A stretch of 64,000 bases of DNA from a virus. The notes under the pieces are model-generated. The model did not search any database. It saw only the letters and a list, made by a program, of their open reading frames with translations, and had not been told where the DNA came from. Below are positions 38,692 through 48,806 of this stretch, in pieces (positions within the stretch are counted from its first letter, which is position 1; the number at the start of each line of letters is the position of its first letter). The stretch spans positions 8,362 through 72,361 of the IMG/VR virus record IMGVR_UViG_3300032093_011758, one strand, 5' to 3'. Both the position numbers and the translations under genes were made by a program.

Positions 38692-39464
38692 TTTGAACTA
38701 ATTATTTTATTTTTCCAAAATTCGCAATCCAACATTTTTTTATCAAAATGTTTTTTTTTAATTTCATTATACTTTTCGTTTATGAGTTCTTCATCATTCA
38801 GTTCGTTAATAGAATTCAAAATAATAATTGGAAACATTTTATACATTTCATAAATTTTGAAATTTCCGGTTTTAATTGTGATTGGTATGCGATCAGAGTA
38901 TAAAACTTCCCACAACCTGTGTGTATCCACTCCATTTCCGGCGGGACACACGACCATTTCATAATCTAGAATTTTGTCAAAAAATTCTCTAAGTGATAAG
39001 TTGGGTCCCTCCCAATCAATGAATTTTGAAATTAAACATTTCTGTTTTACTTCGTTTCTATGTGAATAATTAGTGTTTATCTGAAAATTTGAATAAATCT
39101 TTCTTTTTGGTTTTATATTTAATTTGCGATTAAGTAATATTTCTTTTTCTAATACTCTTTCATGATATCCAATCCCATGACCATTTCTAAAACTCTCTAT
39201 TTTATTTTCTATACCAAGAGGTATTGGTTCAACAATATTATTATTACTTAATATATTTTGACCATACCATTTTTTTACATTTTTAGGTAATATTTTTAAA
39301 TGTTGGTCTGTAATAGGGTAATCTGAATTACCAGTGATCAATATTATGTCATTATCCAAATTTGATATCGTGTCAAAATCACTTACTATAAAATCTGTTT
39401 TACAGAAAAAAATACGTTTCCCATCGTGGAGTTCTGAAAATTTATTCAATTGTAAAAAATCCAT
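38688..39464 (-). CDS. exostosin-like (GT47-like) glycosyltransferase
   Basis: VVCPAGNGVDTHRLWEVLY...IPI; PIPLGIEN. Confidence 0.72.
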   Translation of the reverse strand: MDFLQLNKFSELHDGKRIFFCKTDFIVSDFDTISNLDNDIILITGNSDYPITDQHLKILPKNVKKWYGQNILSNNNIVEPIPLGIENKIESFRNGHGIGYHERVLEKEILLNRKLNIKPKRKIYSNFQINTNYSHRNEVKQKCLISKFIDWEGPNLSLREFFDKILDYEMVVCPAGNGVDTHRLWEVLYSDRIPITIKTGNFKIYEMYKMFPIIILNSINELNDEELINEKYNEIKKKHFDKKMLDCEFWKNKIISSK

Positions 39465-39466
39465 AA

Positions 39467-40060
39467 TTATTTTTTTTCAAAAATTGCAAACCCATTTCCT
39501 TCATGTGAATACTCAATCATTTGGTATGTGTCATCAATTTTTAACTCGTCAAATATTTTTTTTGTTTTGATTTCTCTGATATCATCTAAAATTACTGTAT
39601 TAGTAATATCTTTTAGTTTCTGCCATTCCAAATAGGTTGAAAACTCACCGCCATCCAAGATTAATAAATCTATTTTTTTAGGTAGTTTTTCTAAAACAAA
39701 TTCACACATATCCAAATTTTCCAAATCTTCCTTTAACCAAGTTTTTCTTGGTTCTTCTAATTGCATGTCAGATGTATAGTTTTCAACTTCATCTTTTGTT
39801 ACAATTGATCCATTTAATAGTGTAAACTTATCTAAGAAATTTAACAAATTTTTTTTAGCTATTTTGTAAAAATTAGGATTTGACTCCAATGAAAAGAACT
39901 TTGTATCTTCTTTTATATTTTCTAATATACAAGAAGTTGACCCTAAACCATTCCAACATCCAATTTCTACTATAGTTTCGTAATTTTTTTGATTAATGGT
40001 TTTTATTAAAATTTTTCCTCTTTCAGTATTTGAATTAATTTGACCCGGAGTATTAATCAT
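39467..40060 (-). CDS. putative SAM-dependent methyltransferase
   Basis: IVEIGCWNGLGST, IDLLILDGGEFST, ILDD. Confidence 0.65.
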   Translation of the reverse strand: MINTPGQINSNTERGKILIKTINQKNYETIVEIGCWNGLGSTSCILENIKEDTKFFSLESNPNFYKIAKKNLLNFLDKFTLLNGSIVTKDEVENYTSDMQLEEPRKTWLKEDLENLDMCEFVLEKLPKKIDLLILDGGEFSTYLEWQKLKDITNTVILDDIREIKTKKIFDELKIDDTYQMIEYSHEGNGFAIFEKK

Positions 40061-40878
40061 TTTTTTAAATTTTTTAATTTAATTTTCAAATCTTGAATTG
40101 TGTCATTCAAGAGTTCCTTATAAGGATAAAAACAAGTATCACTTTTTAAATAGTATTCTTTTTTGATTTCATATTCGTTGTATTTATTTTTGTTTTCTAT
40201 CACAAAATCTTCATATGATAATTCAAAATTATCGTATATATCTCTAATGAAATCATTTACAAAAGTTAATCTACCTGATCCAATTATTGTGTGTTCCGAT
40301 TGTTCAATTGATTTTTTCACTACAAATTTGGGGTGTATTAAATCTCTGTAAAAATAGGTATCACCTATGTCAATTTTGTTTTTGTTTATTATTGAGTTAA
40401 ACACTTTACCGAAAAGAAAATTATTATCTCTATAGATGGAATTGAAGTTAAAGGGGAATAAAATTACTACGTTTTTGAATTCTTCCTTATTTTTTATTAT
40501 ATAGTCATATATTCTATATTTTGAATTTAAATAGGGTGTTTCGTAAAAATTTGGTTTCATAGATAAATCTATCCTACCGTCATATTTGTTCCATAGTTCA
40601 CAAGTTGAATATATTACTATTTTGTTTGATATTGATTTGAATTTATTTATAATGTCTAAAGTTAAATGAAAATTGACTTGATCGTAAATTTCTATATTTT
40701 CAATATATTTTCTTGACTCTCCTAAACATATAAAAACATTATTCCAATTGTTTTTAGTATATATTTTTTCTTCTATGTTCCTTGATGAAACTTTTACATA
40801 TTCGTTGGGGAAGTAATAGGATAACTGTGAGGTGTTCCCTATTACAATATTCCTAAACGTTTGGTTTGAGTTTTTCAT
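40057..40878 (-). CDS. degenerate NAD-dependent epimerase/dehydratase (extended SDR)-like protein
   Basis: IVIYST, YxxSK catalytic motif, RDLIH, IGSG; Gly-rich NAD motif degenerate (IGNTSQL). Confidence 0.6.
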   Translation of the reverse strand: MKNSNQTFRNIVIGNTSQLSYYFPNEYVKVSSRNIEEKIYTKNNWNNVFICLGESRKYIENIEIYDQVNFHLTLDIINKFKSISNKIVIYSTCELWNKYDGRIDLSMKPNFYETPYLNSKYRIYDYIIKNKEEFKNVVILFPFNFNSIYRDNNFLFGKVFNSIINKNKIDIGDTYFYRDLIHPKFVVKKSIEQSEHTIIGSGRLTFVNDFIRDIYDNFELSYEDFVIENKNKYNEYEIKKEYYLKSDTCFYPYKELLNDTIQDLKIKLKNLKK

Positions 40879-41218
40879 ATCCCATTTTTTTTTCGTTTAG
40901 AACAGAAGAAAAAAACTTTTTTTGTAAACTTTCTTTGCTTATCATTCTTTGATAGTTACATTTGTCCACATAACTGGCTAAAACATCATCAGTTTTTGCT
41001 TTGTCGACGGCTTCAAAGGTTAAATTGTTGGATTCAGTTAAATCAGAATATTCTTTTGAATGAATTATTTCTTCAAATTTCTGATGTCCTATTTGTTCAA
41101 TCAATTCATTTTTGATTTTTTCCTGATATTCTGAAACATCTGACCCTTTTTGTTTTTTTAACTCTAAAATTGACAAGAAATCAAACGCATAAGCTTCATC
41201 TACACTTATTTTTAACAT
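40853..41218 (-). CDS. hypothetical protein associated with glycosyltransferase clusters
   Basis: 121 aa; DFLSILELK motif. Confidence 0.65.
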   Translation of the reverse strand: MLKISVDEAYAFDFLSILELKKQKGSDVSEYQEKIKNELIEQIGHQKFEEIIHSKEYSDLTESNNLTFEAVDKAKTDDVLASYVDKCNYQRMISKESLQKKFFSSVLNEKKMGYEKLKPNV

Positions 41219-41221
41219 AAA

Positions 41222-41875
41222 TTAATATATAATTTTGAATTTATTTAACCCTACTGAATTCAAATACGGACTATAATTTCTCACATATTGGTGGTAATAG
41301 AAGGTGGGGTTATCCATTTTATAACTGTTTACTAAACATTTTATACTTGATTCCATTAAATGGACTTCTTCGGCATTTTCTATTAATGTTATCAAATTAA
41401 ATATATTATATTTTTTAGGATTTTCAATTATTTTTATATCTTTTCTTACTTTATTTAGATCTACATTATGTGTAAAGATATACTTTTCTTTTTGTGGGTT
41501 AAGATCTTCAACAATTTTTTTTTCTAACTCATAATCTCTTTCTAAATAAAATTCATCGTATCTCATAGAGAAAGGGAGAGATTTACCAACATAAAAAGAT
41601 TCATCAAATGTTTGACCCCCGGTCATGAATTCAAAACCTACTCGTATTACATCTTTTTGAATGTTTTTTTCTTTTATAAATTTTTCTACATCTTTATCCT
41701 CACCAATATTCAATATTTTTATATTATCATTATCTCGATACATGTATTCCACATTTTCAAAGTTGTGTGGTTTGCAGAAAATTGAAATATTATCATATAC
41801 TTTTTGAAAGTGTCTTGAAAGTCCATTGCATATTATGTGATCACCTAGACCTAAATGATGATAGATGTATTTCAT
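41222..41875 (-). CDS. putative glycosyltransferase (GT-B/GT9-like N-terminus)
   Basis: HHLGLGDHIICNG, IENAEEVHLMESS. Confidence 0.55.
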   Translation of the reverse strand: MKYIYHHLGLGDHIICNGLSRHFQKVYDNISIFCKPHNFENVEYMYRDNDNIKILNIGEDKDVEKFIKEKNIQKDVIRVGFEFMTGGQTFDESFYVGKSLPFSMRYDEFYLERDYELEKKIVEDLNPQKEKYIFTHNVDLNKVRKDIKIIENPKKYNIFNLITLIENAEEVHLMESSIKCLVNSYKMDNPTFYYHQYVRNYSPYLNSVGLNKFKIIY

Positions 41876-42561
41876 TTTGAAAAATTTTTGTAAACTGACT
41901 CCATTTCATATGATTTTATATAATGAAATGTAAGTGGTTTATCAATTAACTTAGAATAAAATGAAGGTGATTGAGAATACATACCATCACCATGAGTCAA
42001 TTTCAGATTTAAAAATTTTTTTACCATATAGCTTATCGCAATATCACCACATGCGTAGCATGATTCCACAAGTTTTCCATTGATATACATATCTAACCAC
42101 TCTTTATTGAATTGATCTATGAAAGGATATATTTTTTTCATTGCTGAATTACTCAAAAAAAACCCTGCACCCCCAGCAAAAACCTCAAAATCTAAACCAT
42201 CTAATTTTTCAAATCTGTTATATGTTTCACAAAATATGGTGTCAATACTAGAATCTTGTTCTCGTAAAAAAGAACTGATACTATCTTTAAAAAGCACGTG
42301 GTCACAACCTACAACACAATACCAATCATCTTCAGGATTTTTTTCATACATGAATTTTAATGCATATTGTTGTTTAGGAAAAAAACTATTATAATCTTCA
42401 TTCGCATCAGGAACCCGTATCAGATTAGTATTTTCAACATTATTACCACCAAAATAATATATGTGGTCAAAATCTTTTCCCCATGAATTTTGGCATGAGG
42501 TATATCTATCTTTTAAATTTATTGATGTTACAACACCAATTGATACTATACTTTTTGTCAT
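41872..42561 (-). CDS. Fringe/GT31-like beta-1,3-glycosyltransferase
   Basis: SWGK, DWY...GCD (DxD variant), FAGGAGFFLS, DIAIS, PLTFHY. Confidence 0.7.
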   Translation of the reverse strand: MTKSIVSIGVVTSINLKDRYTSCQNSWGKDFDHIYYFGGNNVENTNLIRVPDANEDYNSFFPKQQYALKFMYEKNPEDDWYCVVGCDHVLFKDSISSFLREQDSSIDTIFCETYNRFEKLDGLDFEVFAGGAGFFLSNSAMKKIYPFIDQFNKEWLDMYINGKLVESCYACGDIAISYMVKKFLNLKLTHGDGMYSQSPSFYSKLIDKPLTFHYIKSYEMESVYKNFSK

Positions 42562-43301
42562 AAATAGTTTTTAAAGTAATTTTTTATTATTTTATTTTTA
42601 TAATCAGATTCTGCTGTGAAAGAAAAACATCTATTATGTTTTTCTAAAATAGGTTTTAGTACAGGATAAAGACATACTGCCTGATGTCTTACCATACCCA
42701 CCCAAAATTCGGCAAAAAATCTATCAGGTGAAGTTGTTTTTAACAAATATTCAGATATACTTGGTAACGAAGATAAGAATTCAGATTTTGACCACCAAAA
42801 ATTTCCTGAAAAGTGGGCTGTGGATCCAGGTACTGATCCGGAAGGTATATAGTTACATCCAACAATATCGTAGTTTTTTAATTCTTCAATACAAATATTA
42901 TAGTGATCTATACAAAAATGTTCCATGATGTTTCTCCAATTTTCTACATTTTTGTACGAATAATTACCGTAATCTTGATCTAAGATTCTTGTTGCACCTT
43001 TCGTGTGAAAATACAAGTAATATTGATCATTATTTTTAATCGCGTGTTTTTGTAGTAAATCTAATGTAGATAACTCATATAAATTACTTGGAGAAAATGT
43101 AATATTTCTTGTAATAGATTCAAATAGGTTCAAAATTGTTTCAGAAGGTTTTATAGAATTTTCTTCTAGCGCAAAATTTATATAAAAATCAATATTTTCT
43201 ATTTTTTCTTCTAAGAATTTGATCTTAGAAAATTGATCAATTATTATTGATTCTGAATTTTTTTTCCAAAAAACATGATAAAAAACATTAATTTTATTCA
43301 T
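42558..43301 (-). CDS. putative glycosyltransferase-like protein
   Basis: YELSTL, YLYFHTKG, WR..M, HFSGNFWWSKS, AEFWVG. Confidence 0.55.
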   Translation of the reverse strand: MNKINVFYHVFWKKNSESIIIDQFSKIKFLEEKIENIDFYINFALEENSIKPSETILNLFESITRNITFSPSNLYELSTLDLLQKHAIKNNDQYYLYFHTKGATRILDQDYGNYSYKNVENWRNIMEHFCIDHYNICIEELKNYDIVGCNYIPSGSVPGSTAHFSGNFWWSKSEFLSSLPSISEYLLKTTSPDRFFAEFWVGMVRHQAVCLYPVLKPILEKHNRCFSFTAESDYKNKIIKNYFKNYL

Positions 43302-43963
43302 TATATACTAACCCTTAAATAATCATATCCGATTGGTTTATCATTTTCGTCTAATCTATCACCAACGAATCTCCCAATTTCTCTTGATATTGGGAATGGT
43401 TTTTTTTCAAAAAACTCGTCATGGGTGCATCTATCATTTTCAAAGATAGAATAAATAGTTTTAAGAAATGCTTGGTCATTTCCATAAATGTTTTGTTTGG
43501 TAAGTTGGGATTTATAGATCATATCTTTAAGAGGAACTACTCCCGATTTTATTCCCCACATACCGCCTAAAATACCTAATGAATCATTTCCATAAGGGAT
43601 TCTATGTGCCGGATGGTCTCTCATTACATGTAAAGATTTACCGGAACTAATCCATTCATCAACCGCCAACTTTTCCCTCAAAGTTATTCTTGAATCTGCA
43701 TCTCTGAAAATTGCATATTCTGAATATGGTAAACTTTCAGCCAAGAAACGCCAAAACATTCCGTACAAATTTTCATTCGTAACATCAATGACTTCTACAT
43801 TTAATTCTTTTAAACTTTGTATTGTAAGATCCGGAACGGAGTTGTCATAATAAACAACCATTTGCCAATCAGGATAAATTTGTTTCCAAAGTTCGGCGTT
43901 TCTAATTGCACCAATATTATATACTGGTTTATCACCCCATAAACTAAAACTTAGATACTTCAT
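43301..43963 (-). CDS. putative GT-A glycosyltransferase
   Basis: SFSLWG...Y, MFWRFL, RDADSR (DxD), MRDHP.H, GGMWG, DQ.FL. Confidence 0.65.
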   Translation of the reverse strand: MKYLSFSLWGDKPVYNIGAIRNAELWKQIYPDWQMVVYYDNSVPDLTIQSLKELNVEVIDVTNENLYGMFWRFLAESLPYSEYAIFRDADSRITLREKLAVDEWISSGKSLHVMRDHPAHRIPYGNDSLGILGGMWGIKSGVVPLKDMIYKSQLTKQNIYGNDQAFLKTIYSIFENDRCTHDEFFEKKPFPISREIGRFVGDRLDENDKPIGYDYLRVSI

Positions 43964-45384
43964 AGATTTTCAACTAATTTTTTCATTCCAGTTTCAAAAT
44001 CCATTTTATGAGGTTGGGTTTCGTGTGAATTCATTTGAAGGTGTTGTATTAATCCTCTTGTTAATGCAACTTTTTTACTCTTAAGAAGATAGAAAAAAGA
44101 TATCGCCCTTTCAAAAGAATGTCCACAATACGTGTCTTCTTTTATAAAATCTATAAGTGGGTCAAACCAACTCATAAACTCATCAAAAATCTCACTCTTC
44201 ATTGTGATATTACTTGTGCTTGACCACAACAAATTAGGGTTATTTCTAATTGTTGCTGTCAAAGTTTTTTCAAAATCAATTTTATATACTGATTTTATAC
44301 CTTCAAATAATTTATCAACTAACTTTCTTTCTCTTATGTATTGGCTATGATTTGCGGGGAATGGTATATATCCAACCATCTCCCAATTTTCATAAAAGAA
44401 TTTACTCTGAGATTGAGGGACGTTTTCGGCTAAAATGATATCATATTCAAATAAGTTTACGTATCTCTTAGTTATTAATTTATTCTTCCACAAAAGATAC
44501 CATCCTGTAAATGCGGTAAATAATGGGTACTTTTCTAAATTATTTTCAAAGTTTCTTGCTACAATTACATTTGGCAAAGATTCAACTTTATCTATGTCTC
44601 TATTACCCAAAAATACGTATTTGTAGTTTTTGAAATTTTTGAATTTTCCTTTTTCCTCAAAGTCCAAAACTATCCTTTGATCATGGACAAAAATAAATGT
44701 CTCACAATCATCTTCAATTTTTGTTATATCCATTGGTAAATTATTTTTATATTTTTCTGCGAATTCAATTCTATTTGATTCCCATTGTTGATTTGTTTGA
44801 CCAATAGATAAATGAGTGACTCTGTTATTGAAAGTAACTCCTACTTTTACACCATCTATAAAATTAGGTAAACAAAATCCTAAATCGTAAAAGTGAAATC
44901 CATCAATAGATTCATCAAACTTATGTTTTATTTTTGTTTTATCAAATGCGATGAATAACCCATCAACTATGACAGTTTCTTCAATTTTATCATTTAGATT
45001 TTGAGAGTAAGTTGATGTCCATTTTTTTCCTTCATGTTTGTGATTAACAATACCATACATTGTTTGTGGTACTTTCCACCATTGTCCGGATTTGTCTAAA
45101 AATTTAGTTCCTGCTAAACCAAGAATACCATACTCAGGATTTTTTTCAAAACTCCTCAACAATTTATCCCCCCAGTTTTTTGTGTCAAATTCTAAATCAT
45201 CATGACACAATACAATAATATCATGATTTGATTCTTCAATTATTTCATTGTAAACCTGAGATAACGATTTTTCTCCATTGTTTATCTTTTCAATAATTTG
45301 AACTTCTTTATACATACATGTCTTTTGTAAGTAATCCTTGTATGTCGGGTTTGAATTTCTTGTACTATATCCTATCGTTATCAT
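43960..45384 (-). CDS. two-domain glycosyltransferase (GT2-like N-domain plus second GT-A-like domain)
   Basis: SL..VYN, VLCHDD, VDGLFIA, FDE...GFHFYD; second domain LFEYD and H.FER. Confidence 0.8.
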   Translation of the reverse strand: MITIGYSTRNSNPTYKDYLQKTCMYKEVQIIEKINNGEKSLSQVYNEIIEESNHDIIVLCHDDLEFDTKNWGDKLLRSFEKNPEYGILGLAGTKFLDKSGQWWKVPQTMYGIVNHKHEGKKWTSTYSQNLNDKIEETVIVDGLFIAFDKTKIKHKFDESIDGFHFYDLGFCLPNFIDGVKVGVTFNNRVTHLSIGQTNQQWESNRIEFAEKYKNNLPMDITKIEDDCETFIFVHDQRIVLDFEEKGKFKNFKNYKYVFLGNRDIDKVESLPNVIVARNFENNLEKYPLFTAFTGWYLLWKNKLITKRYVNLFEYDIILAENVPQSQSKFFYENWEMVGYIPFPANHSQYIRERKLVDKLFEGIKSVYKIDFEKTLTATIRNNPNLLWSSTSNITMKSEIFDEFMSWFDPLIDFIKEDTYCGHSFERAISFFYLLKSKKVALTRGLIQHLQMNSHETQPHKMDFETGMKKLVENL

Positions 45385-45396
45385 AATTTAACATTT

Positions 45397-45966
45397 TTAA
45401 ATCCCTGTTGATCCGAATCCATTTTCATCTCTATCTTTTTTATCAACCGATTCAACTCTCGTTAGTGTTACCCAATCACCATTAATTACGGGGCTTAATA
45501 CGGCTTGAGCAATTTTCATACCCTTATGAATTTTAATTTTTTCTTTTGAGGTGTTGAATAAAATTACTTTGATTTCCCCATTATATCCTGAATCTACAGT
45601 ACCTGGAGTGTTTAATACAGTTAACCCTAAGTTCAAGGCTAAACCACTTTTTGGTCTTATTTGAATTTCTGTACCATCAGGAATATTAAATTTCAACCCT
45701 GTAGGAACTAACAATCTTCCAAAAGGTTCTATTTCTCCATCAATTATTGAATATAAATCAAAGCCCGAGTCTGAAGGGTAGTTATATCCCGGTTCTACAG
45801 CATCTTCATTTGTCACCTCATACTTTACATCTCTTGTGGGATGATAATTATCAAATTGTTCTTCTAAATATTTTAAATCCAAACCGATATTTTTCATAAT
45901 ATCGTTAATTTTATCTTCTGAAAAATCATCATCTTCAAAAAATTTTGAAATGTCTTCGTTGATCAT
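45397..45966 (-). CDS. dut: trimeric dUTPase with N-terminal extension
   Basis: DSGFDL, QIRPKSGLA, NTPGTVDSGYNGEI, KIAQAV, R...GFGSTG. Confidence 0.95.
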   Translation of the reverse strand: MINEDISKFFEDDDFSEDKINDIMKNIGLDLKYLEEQFDNYHPTRDVKYEVTNEDAVEPGYNYPSDSGFDLYSIIDGEIEPFGRLLVPTGLKFNIPDGTEIQIRPKSGLALNLGLTVLNTPGTVDSGYNGEIKVILFNTSKEKIKIHKGMKIAQAVLSPVINGDWVTLTRVESVDKKDRDENGFGSTGI

Positions 45967-45967
45967 G

Positions 45968-46669
45968 TTACTCTAAATTTTTTAATTTTTTTATTATGTG
46001 TATTAATACTTCAACATCTTTTTCGCAGTATTCTGTAATTTCTTTTAATTTGTTTTCTTCCCAATATGCGTGATGTACTTTATCTCCGGTTACCTCACCA
46101 TCTTTTGGTGTTGGTATATCCATAGTTGTACATAAAAGATCTAATGAACCTATTGAGGTGTAAGCTCCGTATTGCCAAATTTCTTTTGTGTCTATCGCTT
46201 TGATCTCCCAAGGTTTTGTATCATATGATGGAAGAATAGAAGGAGGCATAAGTCCATTTATAATCATACGTTTCGCCAGCATCGGTATGTCAAAGTTCTT
46301 TAAATTATGCCCGCAAAGATAAAAATCTAACTTACCACATCTATCTAAAAGTTTCTGACAATCTTTTAGAAGTTGCTTTTCATCATCACCTGAAAATGTT
46401 TGTTTTTTTATTTCATCTTTATCTGTGACAAATGCAACACTTACACATACAATTTTTGCAAATTCAGGAACAAGAGCCGCTCTTTTTAAGAAAACCTGAT
46501 CTAATGATAACGTATCATCTTCAGGAAATCTTTTCCTGAACCAATCAATGTACTTAATATACTGATCTGCAACCTTTGGGTTAGATGTTCTACAATCTTC
46601 ATACGACTTACATCCACCGACAGTTTCAATATCAAGAAACAAAATTTTTGTTAAAGGAATCTTAATCAT
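45968..46669 (-). CDS. PolB-type 3'-5' exonuclease-like protein (DEDDy)
   Basis: FLDIET, GHNLKNFDIP, YCEKDV. Confidence 0.88.
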   Translation of the reverse strand: MIKIPLTKILFLDIETVGGCKSYEDCRTSNPKVADQYIKYIDWFRKRFPEDDTLSLDQVFLKRAALVPEFAKIVCVSVAFVTDKDEIKKQTFSGDDEKQLLKDCQKLLDRCGKLDFYLCGHNLKNFDIPMLAKRMIINGLMPPSILPSYDTKPWEIKAIDTKEIWQYGAYTSIGSLDLLCTTMDIPTPKDGEVTGDKVHHAYWEENKLKEITEYCEKDVEVLIHIIKKLKNLE

Positions 46670-46674
46670 TTATT

Positions 46675-47889
46675 TTATTTTACAAGTGAACGATACCATT
46701 CCGCTCTATCTTTGGTTACTTTGTTAAGATCGTATGTGTCTTTAACTGTTTCATATAATCTTTCTCCCATATCAGTAATTAAGTTTGGATTCTTAACTAA
46801 TTTCTCAATATACTTAGCCCAATCAGAGTGATTTCTGTTTTCATCAACTAATAAAGCGTTTCCATCCACAAAATTACCATTTTTTAAGCAATGTGTCAAA
46901 TCTATTGTGTAAGGACCCACATTAGACGCTATGAGGGCCTTTTTATAAAATCCCGCTTCAATAACCTTCAGTTGAGATTTCATTCGGTTGAATATGTGAT
47001 TTTTGATCGGAGCTAAAGATATGTCAAATTTTGAATAATTTTTAGCGTAAGAAGTGACAGGTCTTGTCCAAACCCTTGAATAGTTTAAATTTTCAACACC
47101 CGGATATTCTTCCTCTTTGAATTTTTTCAGGAATTTTATGTAGTCTTCAGGTAATCCATAATAATTATCTGTTACGATTTGTTCATATGTGGCCCAAACT
47201 GTTTCTTCAGGTTTGATTGGTCTTTGTTTTTGTTCTCCGGTTTTTTGATTTATCTCTGTAATTGTACCCCGAGTATCAAAACCACATAAAACCATTTGTA
47301 GTTTGTCTCTCATAGAACTTATTTTTGACATTGAAGGAATCATAAGTTCCAAATCGTGCAGATGAGAAGAACCTCCTAACCAGCCGATTCTGATTCTTTC
47401 ATTTTCTGGTGTTGGTTCTTTAAACTGAGGTTCGTCCGGATTGATTGCATTAGGAAAAATAAAAACATTTTTATTGAACTTAGAAATCTCATCTGCAAAC
47501 AAAGATGTTGTAGTCGTTACAAACTCTGAGTTTTTAAGATTATTGACGATCTTTTCATTTATTTTATTGATTCTAATGATGTCGTGAATTGGATGTTCTT
47601 TGGTTGGAAGCCAATAATCATCAATATCCACGATAGCCTTAATACCTTGGTTTTTTAACCAATTGAGAATTTGAGGGGTGTTTTCATAAATATGTCCGAT
47701 ATTTCTGTGAATATGTACAATTTGGTAATTTTTCCAATAATTAGGATCATTCAATTTAGGTTCATAATCAATATCAACATGAAATTCATCGGGATACATG
47801 TTTTGTAGGAAAATGTGAGGATCAACAGATCTGAACTTCCCAACACCTGTTTTATCGGATGGGAGAACTAAAACATTAATTTTTGTCAT
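46675..47889 (-). CDS. GT-B glycosyltransferase
   Basis: G.GKFRS..P, DIDDYW, IGWLGGSSH..DL, DISLAP...FN..KSQLK.IEAG...IAS. Confidence 0.85.
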   Translation of the reverse strand: MTKINVLVLPSDKTGVGKFRSVDPHIFLQNMYPDEFHVDIDYEPKLNDPNYWKNYQIVHIHRNIGHIYENTPQILNWLKNQGIKAIVDIDDYWLPTKEHPIHDIIRINKINEKIVNNLKNSEFVTTTTSLFADEISKFNKNVFIFPNAINPDEPQFKEPTPENERIRIGWLGGSSHLHDLELMIPSMSKISSMRDKLQMVLCGFDTRGTITEINQKTGEQKQRPIKPEETVWATYEQIVTDNYYGLPEDYIKFLKKFKEEEYPGVENLNYSRVWTRPVTSYAKNYSKFDISLAPIKNHIFNRMKSQLKVIEAGFYKKALIASNVGPYTIDLTHCLKNGNFVDGNALLVDENRNHSDWAKYIEKLVKNPNLITDMGERLYETVKDTYDLNKVTKDRAEWYRSLVK

Positions 47890-47956
47890 TACTTTTTAAA
47901 GAAGAATAACAAAAATTAGATTATAAAGAAAGAATTATGCTACTTTTTTTATTTAA

Positions 47957-47963
47957 ATAAATA
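47957..47963 (-). promoter_or_regulatory. TATTTAT putative late promoter upstream of the glycosylation/sigma operon
   Basis: About 67 nt upstream of start 47889; longer spacing than the other copies. Confidence 0.35.
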
Positions 47964-47975
47964 GACAAAATAAAA

Positions 47976-48806
47976 TTAGAAAGAAATAGACGATTGAACG
48001 GATTCAATCCTTTTTTTTATTATTTCATAATATTCTACAGAAATTTCACTTCCTATGTAATTTCTACCTTTCAATATACAAGCCTTTGCTGTTGTTCCAC
48101 TACCCATAAACGGGTCATAGACTAAATCCCCTTCGTTAGTCCAAGACAACAAGTTATCAATTACTAATTGTGTTGGAAATATCGCGGGGTGATTATATGC
48201 AATTTCATCTTCTTGACCATTTTTAGAAGTTTTAAAAGTCCATACATTATATCTTTGACCGAATTCCTCTATAATTTTTTTCTTTCTTTCCACCATTGAT
48301 CCGTCAACTTGTCTAGATGTATTTTTACCCCAACTACCGACTTGTCCACCATATACATTCTTCCTATCTTTTATAGGATTAAAAGTTTTAGGCTTACCTT
48401 TACTTAATATAAACATATATTCAAAAATTTGATGATACCTATTTGAAGAGGGGTTTGAAAAGTTATTTTTCATATAAATCATCGTGTCGTGAATATTAAA
48501 TCCGATTTCTTTGAAAAAAAGTGCCTGTCTAAATGAGGTTCCGGTCTCACTTCCTTTTTCTGTTGCATCTCCCACAATCCAAGTTATTACCCCCCCCTTT
48601 TTTAATGTTCTATATAATTCTTTAGCAATGTTTTCAAAATCAAACGAATAACCATTAAATTCTGTTTTATTTCCTAAAATATGATTATTGTAATTCCTCA
48701 GATCGTCGTAAGGTGGTGATGTAATAACATAATCTAAAAATTCATTTTCCATTTTAGATAGGGTTAATAAACAATCTTCATTATAATTTTTATTTATCTC
48801 AATCAT
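47976..48806 (-). CDS. beta-class amino DNA methyltransferase (probably N4-cytosine)
   Basis: TSPPY motif IV preceding HPAIFP and DPFMGSGTT motif I. Confidence 0.9.
   Translation of the reverse strand: MIEINKNYNEDCLLTLSKMENEFLDYVITSPPYDDLRNYNNHILGNKTEFNGYSFDFENIAKELYRTLKKGGVITWIVGDATEKGSETGTSFRQALFFKEIGFNIHDTMIYMKNNFSNPSSNRYHQIFEYMFILSKGKPKTFNPIKDRKNVYGGQVGSWGKNTSRQVDGSMVERKKKIIEEFGQRYNVWTFKTSKNGQEDEIAYNHPAIFPTQLVIDNLLSWTNEGDLVYDPFMGSGTTAKACILKGRNYIGSEISVEYYEIIKKRIESVQSSISF

Noticed and set aside
32651-47889. Glycosyltransferases as T4-like DNA hypermodification enzymes
   Set aside because: Not excluded for the GT-B enzymes, but no hydroxymethylase or base-modification genes are in the window, and the diversity of GT folds plus sugar O-methyltransferases fits oligosaccharide synthesis better.
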